From: Selaginella moellendorffii
Lineage: Eukaryota; Plantae; Lycopodiophyta
NCBI RefSeq assembly: GCF_000143415.4
Contig: NW_003314296.1
Coordinates: 601,645-665,644, forward strand
DNA: 64,000 nt
Reading direction: 5' to 3'
In this document: in pieces, positions 1-11,161 of the stretch
How the letters are laid out: each line of letters begins with the position of its first letter
How positions within the stretch are numbered: position 1 is the stretch's first letter
Notes under the pieces: model-generated
The model's database searches: none
What the model saw: the letters and a program-made list of their open reading frames with translations, nothing else
Told to the model about the DNA's origin: nothing
Translations under genes and position numbers: made by a program

Positions 1-2191
1 AGTGCCAAAAAGCTATAGTTAAACAGAAGACAAAATTGCTGCTGATTTACTAGTTGATTTCTCCTAAGCATGGAACAACACTCCTTCATTCACCTGCGAC
101 ACTACCAAATTCCACTATAAATGTTCCATCTGTATAGATGCTAGTCTTAGTGATGGCCTGAGAAAGGAACTTTGAATGCTATCTATCAGGACCCATAGAA
201 GAAGCCCAGGCCAACCCATGAACTATAGTAATCCTTAGATTCCCACAAATTGGAGCATTCATTTGGAGCATGTGCTCAGTAGTGCTTGCTTTAGTTTTTA
301 ACACTCTCTCACAAAATATTCACCAGGTGTGCAAAAAAAAGTGACGTCTCTATGGTTGAAAGTAGTGAAAGCCAAGAGAAGTGCCACAAGACTTGTGGAG
401 AAGTGAGATGTAAAACCTAAAAAAGTTTTACCCTACTTGAAGGAAACATCCCAACTACAAAGGTACAGCTTTATTGCTTGCAAGTTCTCTTGGAGAGAGC
501 AAAAACCCAAGTGCTCCCTCACTCCCCCTAGCCCAGGGTTGTGTAATGAGCCCATTGGCCAGCCTAACATTGCAAAGATTTTTCAAAATAACACATGGTT
601 AAAAAACAAATTTATTCCCCTCTAATTGGCTAAATCTAGCAGCCCACAAAATTCAACAATTAGCCCATTGACTAAGCAAACATGGAGGAAATATTTCCCA
701 AAACTATATAATCTGAAGCTCCCTTGGGTAGATTTTATTTTATTTTTATTAATGAAACCTAAATCATTGAAATCAGTATCATATACTATATATATGATAT
801 AATATATAAGTTTATAATATATTATAAAAAGTTATATATATATATATATAAAACTTTTTATAACAAATCTGGGATGGAATACATTGATGTTTAGTTTGAC
901 CAGAAAAATATAAGCATTAGTAAATCATCAAAATAGCTTAATATAATCCATACTTTTTGATGGGTGCTAGGAGACATTTTAAATATCTAATGAATGAATT
1001 TGATATAAAGCCACCTTACAGAATTAAATTAAGTATAAACATCATCAATATGGCTAATTCTAATGTGCCTAAATAATATGATCTCAAAATTAAAAGGTAA
1101 TTAAGTTTTTCATTTTGCAGAGAATTTTTTATTTTTTTTTACCCTGCTAGAGTTTCTTTCATTGTGCAAGATAAAATGTATATAAATATTTATATAACTA
1201 ATTCAATCACATAAAATCCTTCTCTCCTTTTGATGTCATGCATTATAAATATGTCCCAAGTTGATCTTGTTGTAGTCATTATCACCATTTAAATAAATGA
1301 ACATTAAATTAACTAAAGTTCCAATCTTTAGAGAGCATCTTAAAATAGTTTTCAGCTAATTTTGACCAAAAAAATCACATTCAGCATAAGTAAATCAAGA
1401 AAATGATTTTCTACAGTTCCATCAAATTAAAACATATATGTATCATGCAAATATCATCTTTACAAATCCCTTATCAATAAAAGTACTATAATAGTTTAGT
1501 AAATCATTTGTAACAATTGTTATTCAACTCTTCTTCATCATTTGAGTAATTTTTTGGGCTGAATAGTTTTGTAACATTGAAAATGCTTATATCCTTACTC
1601 ATTTTGGTTAGCATATCAACATATAGTTTCTAAATAAATCTAAGCAAGAGCTCAAACTACCATCTTTTGTACTTTTTGGAATAAAAGTATAATCTAAGCC
1701 AAACATCTACAAACTTGATAAATTCATCTCTAGTAGCTTTTATAAAATTACTTTTGTGTTTTATACCAAAAGTCTCTTTCAGAAATTTTCTTCTGATACT
1801 TTTCAGAATACCATCTAAATATCTAACAATGTAAGTAATATCCACAATTTGAATGAAAGAATTTATTTAAATTATTCAATTTTAGTATATCTTCACAATA
1901 GAGGATTTTGCAAGAAGAGCTAGCATTATGATGATCATTCTTTCTAAGACTTTCCTATGAGATAACTAATGTACACCATAAACATAATATATGTATATTC
2001 TGGTCAAGATGAAATCTAACCATACTCTAGATTTCATATATGTTCATCTGGTAGAAATTAGATATTAGTTGTTAAGTGTGGAGACATGTGGCCAAATATC
2101 AAATACTAGTGATTTGAATGCTTTTTTTATTACCTAAATCATTCCGTCATGTTAAGTGTATCACCTCTAGAGTAATAGACATGAACTTAGT

Positions 2192-2290
2192 GATAGTCAC
2201 GATGAAACCTAATTATACTCCAGACATGTATACTTAGACAAAAACAACCACGATAGTCATGATGAAATCTAATTATACTCCAAACTTATA
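2192..2290. repeat. ~60-bp direct repeat in AT-rich intergenic DNA
   Basis: GATAGTCA(C/T)GATGAAA(C/T)CTAATTATACTCCA at 2192 and 2252, with a weaker copy near 2008. Confidence 0.7.
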
Positions 2291-2625
2291 CATATCTATG
2301 ACAGAATTAAAAGTTTTATATCTAAATACTGAGCAATTTGACTATAAGGATTTAAATAATAGTGCAGTTGTATCAGCTTTGAAATTGTCATTTGACCAAT
2401 CACCTACATTTACCTTGTTTACGTGGCATTTGCTGGAAGTGACACGTTAGCAGACCTAACGGAGAGCCATTCTTACCCGGCGGCGAGGGGCCCCAAGAGC
2501 GCTCCTTCGCGATCGATCGAGAAAGAAAGAAATCAAGCGAAGCGTGCGGTGGGGGCTAGATTTTCTTGGATCGATCGTGCATGGTAGGGGGCGATTCCTC
2601 GTGTTCTTGTCAGTCATCAGTGAAA

Positions 2626-4316
2626 TGCTGGAGGTAATTCTTGCTAGATTTCTCCCAGGGTTTGAGGCGAGGCCGCGATCGCGATCCAGGCCGGGGATTA
2701 TGGGGTTGCTGCTGGTAAATCTGACCAGATTTCTGTGCGATCTCTATGATCTCGCCAAGAAGATGATGTTGTGGACGGTGCTGCTGTCGTGCCTCCCGCT
2801 GCTCTTGCCTTATCTCTCCATCGCCTCCTTCATCGGCTTGGCCGTGTTCTTCCAGGCGGCGTGTGGTGCGTTGGGGCTAGCGCTGCTAAGAGCGCTCCTC
2901 TTGACGTGTTTTTCAAACCAAAGGAATCAGGGAAGTGTGAAGATCTCTGCCAGAGTCCGAGCGCTGGTAGAGGAGGATCTAAGAGTGGCCGCTGCGAGCT
3001 TTGACGCGTTACTAGTTCTTGGGGAAAGAGAGAGAGATGTTTATAACGGAGGAGCTCGAGAAGATGGAGAAGAAGCTGTAGGATCTAGTGATGGGGAAGG
3101 AACTAGAGACAGGATAGATGATCGTGAAGCTCGGGAGGATGATCATAACTTGGAAGAACTGGAAGAACAAGGTGGTGATGCTTGGATCGAGGGTGATAGT
3201 ATCGACGAACATGGTAATGTTGGCCTGGAAAAACAAGATGGTGATGCGGACGTCATAGTGCAGGAGTTTGATGATCCGATGGTAAGAAATCCAGAAGAGC
3301 AACACGATGATCATGGGATAAGAAACTGGGAAGCACATCATGATCATGGGATAACAAACTGGGAAGCACATCAGGAGATCTTGAGTTTGCACGATCAAAA
3401 GGAGGCTTTTCGAGTGACAACCTCGTCGTCAAGCAACGAACAACGCTTTGATGATGATAAATCGCTTCTCTTCAAAGATGGCCAGGTAGTGATGGTGGAT
3501 TCTAGCCAGGAAACGCAGGAGGCCAGATTCCAGGAGGCTTTTCGCGAGAAAGCAGATGAATCCGTGACAAAAATCTCCAGGCAGCACTCGGGGGATAATT
3601 TGGAGGAAGAACATCCTTTTCTAGCAGCAGGACAGGAGAGCGAGACAAAAGAATCTCGTCGCGTAGCAAGAGCGGGACAGGTTCATGACGACGAGAGCTT
3701 GCCATCTTTCTCGAAAGAGTCAAGACTTCCAGTTTCGATCGGGGAGGACGATGCAAAGGAGTGCATGAAGGTGGTGGAGTTTTGCTTGAAACAAGCTGGC
3801 GACTACTACGACTATGGCTGCGAGAGCTTGGAAGAAGAAGAAGAAATCATCGACGAGCCTACGTCCCCAAGAGCTCAGTACAATCGTGACGAAGAACAGG
3901 ATATATTTCTCCAGGAAGTCATATCGCCAGGATCGTGCTCGAAGCTCCACAGCTCGATCACAGGGTCCTCCGGATCGTCAGAAACTACTCCACAGCCTGG
4001 AAGAAATCTCCGAGGCTTCGAATTTTCCCAGAGCAGCCCCAGCAGCGCTGCGGCTGGCAGCAGACGAAGAACTTATAGCTACAGCAGCAGCGCTGGGAAG
4101 TTGCGAGAACTTCACGACTTTGGGATTGATTTGCGCGACCAGATCCGAGCGCTGCGAAGTTTTCCTCGATCGAGCTCTGAGGCACGGATGGAAGAAGGCG
4201 TGAGCAGCTGTAGCAGTAGTAGCAACGAGGATTTGGATCTCCCTGGCGTAAGTTCTTTTCTTTTCTTGCAAGTTCTCACTCACTCTCTTCCTTTTTCCAG
4301 TTCCAGGAGGTTCTAA
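2626..4316 (+). CDS. Acidic protein with N-terminal hydrophobic segment, resembling SEED LIPID DROPLET PROTEIN (SLDP) family
   Basis: Long ORF. First ATGs are at 2626 and 2700. Hydrophobic block AKKMMLWTVLLSCLPLLLPYLSIASFIGLAVFF, then a long E/D-rich region and DQIRALR near the C-terminus. A short intron near 4248-4300 is possible. Confidence 0.5.
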
Positions 4317-4444
4317 GATTTTGGCGAGAGAGAGAGAAAGGTCTGGAGTTGCGTAGACGAAGAAAAAATCTCTTTGGAAGATAAAATAAAAGGTTCGTGT
4401 CTTAGATGATACTTCGGAAAAAAACATTTAGGGTTTTGTGAGCG

Positions 4445-6289
4445 ATGAATCTATCGCAGGAATCGCTGGAGCGCGCTGTGTCGACGCCTGCGTCGACGCT
4501 CACCCAGGAGCAAAGGGATCGAATGCATCGGCAGCGAGAGCTCGCGATCGCGAGGAGAAATGCGAGGCTTGCGAGTCAAGCTTCCCCGGCCGCGATGGAG
4601 TGGAGTCCTGCGCGGCAAGGTATCGAGAATGTAGGGATTACGGAGGACTGGATCGATCTAGGCGAGCATTTTGGGGGTAGAATCGATCCAAGCAAGATAG
4701 AGCTGGAAGACTCCATCCACAAGAGGGAAGGCGATCGCAGGATTACGATGTCGCTGGAGCAGCTGCGGGTTCTAGAGGCGGTGGCCGCGAAGAAATCGGT
4801 GTTCGTCACTGGATCGGCGGGAACAGGAAAGAGCTTCATCCTCGAGTACGCGATCAAGGTTTTGCGAGAGTTGCACGGGGAGTTCGCGGTGTTCGTCACG
4901 GCCTCCACTGGAATCGCGGCGTGCTCGATTGGCGGGACCACGCTCCATTCATTCGCGGGCGTGGGGTTGGGGCAGCTGGATGAACGCCGGCTCGCGGCGG
5001 CGGTGATGGCGAGCAAGGAATCGCGATCGCGGTGGACGACTGCCAAAGCACTGGTGATTGACGAGATCAGCATGATCGACGCGGAGCTCTTGGACAAGAT
5101 CGATTACGTTGGGAGGGCGGTGAGGAATCGGCCGGAGAGATTTGGGGGCTTGCAGCTGCTTGTCACTGGCGATTTCTTCCAGCTCCCGCCCGTCCAGAAA
5201 GCTGGCGAGACCAAGAACTTTGCGTTCCAGGCGCGGTGCTGGAGAGAGTGCTTCGATCTCCAGATGGAGCTCACGTACGTGTTCCGACAATCGGACAGGA
5301 ACTTTGTGGCGATCTTGGATGAGATCCGTCGTGGGCGATGCTCGCCGTCGACGATCGAGTCTCTCAAGGCTTGCAGTGTGGTGAGCGCTGCTTCATCGTC
5401 TTCTCCTCCTCCGACGCGGCTCTTTCCTCATCTCCAGAGCGTCGATCGAGTGAACAAGGAGAAGCTTGCCGCACTGGGTGGCGAGACCGTGACTTACATC
5501 GCTCGCGACGTTGGAAAGATCCATCTTTTGAGCGGCTGCCGGGCCGAGAGCCAGATCACTCTAGCCGTCGGCGCGGAGGTGATGCTCGTCAAGAACATCG
5601 ACACACTGGGAGGACTGGTGAACGGAACCAGAGGCGTCTTGGTGGATTTCATGGTCCCAGAGTCTCCAAAACGAGATTTTTCTTCGCAAGAACACGAAGA
5701 ACAGGGAGCACGGGGAAGATACTTCTCTTGGCGAGACGGCAAAGGCAAGGAAGAACAGGGAGGAGAGAAACGAGATGTTGAGCGCCGTGAACAGCGGCGG
5801 TGGCCAGTGGTGGTGTTTCGGATTCGTGGAGGGCTTCGGAAGATCGTGGTGAAACGCGAGAGCTGGAGCGTGATGGATGGAGAGAAAGAGGTGGCGACGA
5901 GGTGCCAGATTCCTCTCATCCTGGCCTGGGCTTTGAGCATCCACAAGTGCCAGGGGATGACGCTGGATCTGGTGGAAACGGACTTGACGCGATCGTTCGA
6001 GTGTGGGATGGTTTACGTCGCGCTCTCGCGGGCCAGGAGCTTGGAGGGGATCCGGCTGCTGGGATTCAATGCCTTGAAGATCAGAGTTCATCCCCTCGTC
6101 GTGGAGTTCTACCATCAACTCGAGGAAAACGGAAGAGCAGGAAAAAGAGATTTTTATCGCATCAGCGGTAAGCTACTATCAGACCTTGGTGTTAGTCTAA
6201 CAGTAAGATCGAAACTTTGGTGTTCTTACAGATCCCGGTACTGCTGCTGCTTGAGTGGATTCGGTCATCACGAAAGTAAGTTCGTGTGA
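4445..6289 (+). CDS. PIF1: PIF1-family 5'-3' DNA helicase (cellular type)
   Basis: Motifs GSAGTGKS, TASTGIAA, DEISM, GDFFQLPPV, FRQ, GLVNG, QIPLILAWALSIHKCQGMTL and YVALSRA. A terminal intron at ~6168-6231 is possible. Confidence 0.95.
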   Translation: MNLSQESLERAVSTPASTLTQEQRDRMHRQRELAIARRNARLASQASPAAMEWSPARQGIENVGITEDWIDLGEHFGGRIDPSKIELEDSIHKREGDRRITMSLEQLRVLEAVAAKKSVFVTGSAGTGKSFILEYAIKVLRELHGEFAVFVTASTGIAACSIGGTTLHSFAGVGLGQLDERRLAAAVMASKESRSRWTTAKALVIDEISMIDAELLDKIDYVGRAVRNRPERFGGLQLLVTGDFFQLPPVQKAGETKNFAFQARCWRECFDLQMELTYVFRQSDRNFVAILDEIRRGRCSPSTIESLKACSVVSAASSSSPPPTRLFPHLQSVDRVNKEKLAALGGETVTYIARDVGKIHLLSGCRAESQITLAVGAEVMLVKNIDTLGGLVNGTRGVLVDFMVPESPKRDFSSQEHEEQGARGRYFSWRDGKGKEEQGGEKRDVERREQRRWPVVVFRIRGGLRKIVVKRESWSVMDGEKEVATRCQIPLILAWALSIHKCQGMTLDLVETDLTRSFECGMVYVALSRARSLEGIRLLGFNALKIRVHPLVVEFYHQLEENGRAGKRDFYRISGKLLSDLGVSLTVRSKLWCSYRSRYCCCLSGFGHHESKFV

Positions 6290-6992
6290 TCTTGCAAGAA
6301 CTTGTAGCTCATCGAGTTATAGATTGGTGCTGGGAGCTATTTGGATTGATCGGCACAAGGAAGTAAGTATGATTTTAATTGGAGGAGGCTTTGTTCGAGT
6401 TTGTGATGATTTTGCGTGTGTAGAATCCCGCTCCTATCGATCAAACTTGCGAAGCTTATCCAAGTTATGAGACACTTAGCACTAAGTAACAAACTTGTTT
6501 GGACGGCTTGGATTGGAGGGATCCTGGCCGTTGGTGTGGCCTTCCTTCTTGACCGTTGGGGTTAAGAAAAAAACGCTGGGGAACGTCAGGCTGGAATCCA
6601 ACCGTTGGGATCGTGCCATTTACAAGGAGGAACTTTAGGGTTTTTGGTTGAGAGGAATGCGCTTCTTCTCTCGCGAGGCGTGGATGGATGACGACGAGGC
6701 GCCGATCGATGTGATGGTCTTCGATCGCTGCTAAGGTGATATTTCGGGATTTGGAGAGCGCATTGCTAGAATGTAGGCAGTCTGGGGTATTTCGATCGCA
6801 TTTTTCTGGTTTCGCGAGCACAGCTTAGACGATCGATCAATATTTAGCTTCATCTAGCCTGGATCGATGGATTCTAGCCTGGATTGATCGATTTCAGGTG
6901 GATTGTGAGAGATCGAGGCACATTGCGAAGATTTCCATCGTCTATGCAAGCTCTGATCAGCATTTCTTTCTATTGTGCCAGGAATCGAGGAC

Positions 6993-9161
6993 ATGGGGTG
7001 CGTTTCATCGCGTTGTCTCTACTGTACACCGACATCTGGGAGCGGCAATTTTAGGAACTACCACCATAGCAGCAGCAGATCCTCACTGCTAAGGAGCGTC
7101 TCCACGCCATTGAGAAAGCGGCGATCTCGCGGCGGTGGACATCACCACCACCACTTTGTTGCGCTCACGTCCACAACCTATGGTCTACTGCGATGGAACA
7201 GCAATAACAACAACACTAGCAACAACATCTCCTCGTCCCCCTCGCCAGCTCCCACGAACTACGAAGATTGCTACTCGTCTCCAGCGATCACGAACTATGA
7301 GGACTGCACGGACAAGGAGGTGGTGGTCTCGATCAATCCAGCTCCAGCTACTGGGAATGGAAGTCGAGGAGGAGATGGAGGGGGGGCGGCTTTTCTTCCT
7401 CCTCAAACTTGTACTTCCATAGACGTCTCCGGCGCATCGGTGGCTTCATCGTCCTCGACAGCCTGCTGCGCCAACAAGCTCGTCAGCTGTGACAAGATCA
7501 ACAAGCCCGTGGAGCCACCGGAGGTGATCAACATCTGGGAGCTCATGGACGGGCTCGAGGAGGACTGCTCGAGGTCACTGCTGCTGAGCGACAGCTGCTC
7601 GTCGCCAGCCTCGGCATCGCTGCGAAAGAAGAGCCCTTTCCTCTCGGCTCGCCACGCGGGGAAGAGGCGCCTGTACCACCGCTCGGTGTCCTGGTCGGCG
7701 GCCATGCACTCGGCCAAAAAGCTCGACTCCATTCTCACCATCGATGGGATATCGCCCGCTGCGCTCGAGAAGGTGCTCAAGGAGATCTACAACTTCTACG
7801 TAAACAGCCGGTGCCGGAACCGCAGCTGCGGCAAGCTCTTGTCCAACTCTCCTTCTGCTCGTGTCGTTCCCAGTGTTCCAACTGCGAAGAAGACCAACGC
7901 CGCCTCCACTGGCACCAAGAAGGCCAAGAAAACGGCCACCTTTGCGTCCGGGAACAAGGAGAACAGCGCGCCAAAGTTTGATCGGACTCCTCGCAAGCAG
8001 CAGCAGGGGCCGAGCACGCCGACGAGAACGCCATTAACTTCTCTGGTGACGAGGAAGGGGCCGGGAGAGGAGCTGTCACCTTTGTTTCGACGAGGGAGCA
8101 GCGTGGCGGAGAAAAAATGCGGCCTTGGGATGAGAAGGCCGTGTAAGTGCTGCTGCTATTGCTCCACCACCGACAGAGGCCAAAGGAAGCAAAACGAGTA
8201 CCTTGTGGGCGGTGACGGTGGCGCTAGTGGGGACATAAAGAGCCCCATGCACGCGAGCGGGCCTCTGTTTGATCCGGAGCTCCTGGCCTCGATCGAGCGA
8301 GCTTTCCAGAGCCTGTCCGCCGAGGAGTGGTGCTCCGGGAAAGAGGACGACTTAACGACGACAGCTGGGACAGCAACAGCTTACTCCGATGAATCGAGCA
8401 ACGAAGAGGCGCCACTCATCAAAGGGCCGCGTTACAACTCCATCCCGGCCAAAGGCAGCGGCAAAGGTGGCAGTACCGCGAAGTCTTCTCCCTCGTCCGG
8501 CCTGGTGCTGTGGGACAGCTTCTGGACGTTCCGCGACAGCCTCGCGGCCTCGGGCACGGCCAAGAAGATCTCCTTCTCCAAAGTTCTCGCGTCTCCAATG
8601 GAGAAGATGGGACTCCTCGACAGCGAGGAGGACGAGGACGATGCAAAGGATCCTCTGGAGCGATTCGAGTTGCGGTGCCCGCCAGGGGGAGAGAACAACG
8701 TCGTCCTCTACTGCACCAGCCTGAGGGGGATCCGGAAAACTTACGAGGAGTGCCACGGCGTCCAGATGATCCTGCACAGCCTGGGGGTCTACATCGACGA
8801 GAGGGACGTTTCCATGCACTCGGACTTCCGCCTGGAGCTGAAAGAGCTGCTGGACAACATAGAGCCCGCGGCGGCGTGCTGCGTTCCACGGCTGTTTATC
8901 CGGGGGCGCTACATTGGTGGCGCGGAGGAGGTGAGGAGGCTACATGAGGAAGGCAAGCTCGTGAAGATGCTTGAAGGGATCCGGAAGGAAGACCCGTTTA
9001 GCGTCTGCGATGGCTGTGGCGGGCTCCGGTTCATTCCCTGCCTCGAGTGTAGCGGGAGCTGCAAGCTGGTGGTTCGTGATCTTCCCAGCGGGATGAGCCA
9101 GGTGAGCCGCTGCCCGGATTGCAACGAGAATGGACTCATTCGCTGCCCGATTTGCTGCTAG
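6993..9161 (+). CDS. Plant glutaredoxin-domain protein with C-terminal 4xCxxC (GRXCR-like)
   Basis: MGC start. Contains EVINIWELMDGLEE, CPPGGENNVVLYCTSLRGIRKTYEEC, ERDVSMH, PRLFIRGRYIGG and CDGCGGLRFIPCLECSGSCK...RCPDCNENGLIRCPIC. Confidence 0.93.
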   Translation: MGCVSSRCLYCTPTSGSGNFRNYHHSSSRSSLLRSVSTPLRKRRSRGGGHHHHHFVALTSTTYGLLRWNSNNNNTSNNISSSPSPAPTNYEDCYSSPAITNYEDCTDKEVVVSINPAPATGNGSRGGDGGGAAFLPPQTCTSIDVSGASVASSSSTACCANKLVSCDKINKPVEPPEVINIWELMDGLEEDCSRSLLLSDSCSSPASASLRKKSPFLSARHAGKRRLYHRSVSWSAAMHSAKKLDSILTIDGISPAALEKVLKEIYNFYVNSRCRNRSCGKLLSNSPSARVVPSVPTAKKTNAASTGTKKAKKTATFASGNKENSAPKFDRTPRKQQQGPSTPTRTPLTSLVTRKGPGEELSPLFRRGSSVAEKKCGLGMRRPCKCCCYCSTTDRGQRKQNEYLVGGDGGASGDIKSPMHASGPLFDPELLASIERAFQSLSAEEWCSGKEDDLTTTAGTATAYSDESSNEEAPLIKGPRYNSIPAKGSGKGGSTAKSSPSSGLVLWDSFWTFRDSLAASGTAKKISFSKVLASPMEKMGLLDSEEDEDDAKDPLERFELRCPPGGENNVVLYCTSLRGIRKTYEECHGVQMILHSLGVYIDERDVSMHSDFRLELKELLDNIEPAAACCVPRLFIRGRYIGGAEEVRRLHEEGKLVKMLEGIRKEDPFSVCDGCGGLRFIPCLECSGSCKLVVRDLPSGMSQVSRCPDCNENGLIRCPICC

Positions 9162-9541
9162 CGCATCCCGGACTCTCTCTCCACAGGTTTGTCGTGTGAA
9201 GTTCGCTCGTCCTTGGTGGGTGATCTAATAGCTCTCTTCCTCTGGCAGCTTTTGTAAAGTAGTAGACGATGGACGCAGTTTTCGCGAGATCGATCGACTC
9301 TCTCTCTCGATCGAGGCAGTCAGGAACTCTGGATGGGGAATCAAATCGCCAAAAGGTGGAAGTTTAGGCGAGCTTCATCCATTGACAATCCACAAGAAGG
9401 ATTCCAGCCAGCCAGCCAGCCAACTTTCTTGGTGGATGGAAGATCTTGGAAGTTCGTTTATCTATTGACAATCACCAGCCAGCCAGGAACTCCCAACTCT
9501 TCTTGGTAGATGGAAGTCTCGTCAAGTAAGTAACTTCTCAT

Positions 9542-11038
9542 TCACATTGACAAGCCGCAAAGCTTCTCCAGCAACACGAACGACTGGCTGCTACCCGGAT
9601 CCATCTCCAACGCCGCTCTCGCAACCCGGGCACCGGCTCTGGCATCGTTGTGACTCCCAGCAGCGCCCAGCAAGCACAGGCACCAGTCCGGGCTCTCTCC
9701 ACGCTCCTCCACCGGCATTCCCAGCGCCACCTCCTCGGCCTCGTCCAATCGCCCAGCACGGCTTATCAGATCGACCACGCAGCAGTAGTGGATCCTCCCC
9801 GGCGCCACGCCATAGTCCAGCTCCATGGAAGCGAACCATCGGCAGCCACTGGCAAGATCCCCGGCATCGCTCACCGCCACCAGCACGCACAGCAGTGACG
9901 CTCTCTCTGCCGCGACGCCCTCCATTTGCATACACTGGAAGAGCCTCGCCGCGCCACTGGAGTCTCCACTGTGAGCTACCGCCGCGAGCATGGAGCTCCA
10001 CGAGATGATATCCCTCTCGGGCATGGCGAGGAGGAGAGCCCTGGCTTTGGAGAGATGCCCCCTCCGGGCATATGCCACCAGCATCGCTGTCCACGCCGCA
10101 ATGCCCCGGCTGGGCATCTCGTCAAACACGCCCTTTGCGCGGTCGAGGTCCCCGTCCTGTGCGTGGCCCGCGAGTATAGCCGTGTACGCGAAGAGGCTTC
10201 TCTCCGGCATAGCGTCAAACACCGCCCTGGATTCTTCCACTCGGCCGCGGCGTGTGCAGGCCGTGAGTAGCGCCGTCCATGACACTAAGTTCTTCTCTGG
10301 CATCGCGGAGAAGATCTCCCTGGCTTGGTCGATCTCGCCACTATGCGCGTAGCCGGCTAGGATCACTGTCCATGATACCAAGTTTCTCTCTGGCATTGCA
10401 TCAAACAGCCCCCTGGCCTCTGTGATGGAGCTGCCGGCTTGAGTGTAGGCTGTGAGCATCACTGTCCAGGAGACCACGTCGCGTTCTTCCATGGCGGCGA
10501 AGAGCTCTCTAGCCTGGTGGAGATGCCCGGACTGGGCATACGCGGCGAGCATTGCTGTCCAGGAGACCAAGTTCCACTCTGGCATTGTCTCGAAGATCAG
10601 CTTCGCGTTGTCTGGATACTTGGTGGACGAGGAGAGATCCAGCACTGTATTCCACGAGATTAAATCTCTCTCCGGCATGCTGGCGAAGAAGTCCATGGCT
10701 TGCTGTGGGTACCCGTGCTGGGCGTATGCTGATAGCATGGCGTTGTGTGCCACCAGGTTGTTTGCGTGCGGCATTGCATCGAAGACCGCCTTGGCCTCCT
10801 CCAGATGCCCGTTCCTGGTGCATGCGCAGAGCATTAGTACCCATGAGAAGGAGTTCTTTGGATGCAAAGAGTGGAAGATATTGCGTGCCTGGTCGACACT
10901 GCCGCATCTGCCGAACATCTGAATGAGGTGATTGGCCAGGAAGACGCTGCAGTTGCTGGGCTGGACGAGGCGGTGCAAATCTCTGGCTTCTTGGAGCGTG
11001 TTGCACGACTTGATAGCACCGAGAAGCTGAGAATCCAT
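9542..11038 (-). CDS. PLS-class pentatricopeptide repeat protein with E-type tail, no DYW
   Basis: About 31-aa repeats (xxVSWTAML.AYAQ.G...A..F..MPE), HYCCVVDLISRAGRLDEAE and an E-like end (LEMDPGSSQSFVLL). Intronless. Confidence 0.93.
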   Translation of the reverse strand: MDSQLLGAIKSCNTLQEARDLHRLVQPSNCSVFLANHLIQMFGRCGSVDQARNIFHSLHPKNSFSWVLMLCACTRNGHLEEAKAVFDAMPHANNLVAHNAMLSAYAQHGYPQQAMDFFASMPERDLISWNTVLDLSSSTKYPDNAKLIFETMPEWNLVSWTAMLAAYAQSGHLHQARELFAAMEERDVVSWTVMLTAYTQAGSSITEARGLFDAMPERNLVSWTVILAGYAHSGEIDQAREIFSAMPEKNLVSWTALLTACTRRGRVEESRAVFDAMPERSLFAYTAILAGHAQDGDLDRAKGVFDEMPSRGIAAWTAMLVAYARRGHLSKARALLLAMPERDIISWSSMLAAVAHSGDSSGAARLFQCMQMEGVAAERASLLCVLVAVSDAGDLASGCRWFASMELDYGVAPGRIHYCCVVDLISRAGRLDEAEEVALGMPVEERGESPDWCLCLLGAAGSHNDARAGARVARAALEMDPGSSQSFVLLEKLCGLSM

Positions 11039-11161
11039 CCATTTATCTATCAATCTGGGAAGAAGTTACATTGGCTGTTAAATGCTGTGGTTATCAATCT
11101 GCGAAAGGAGAGAAAGTGTTGGTTACTGATGGATAGAGAGTTGTGAAATGTTTCTTACCTT

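Noticed and set aside
1100-1900. Possible transposase/pol remnant on the minus strand of the AT-rich left end
   Set aside because: Translations are full of stops and I found no diagnostic motif, so I cannot assign a family.
4445-6289. PIF1 as part of a Helitron
   Set aside because: No Rep/HUH domain or Helitron termini, and the motifs and context fit a cellular PIF1.
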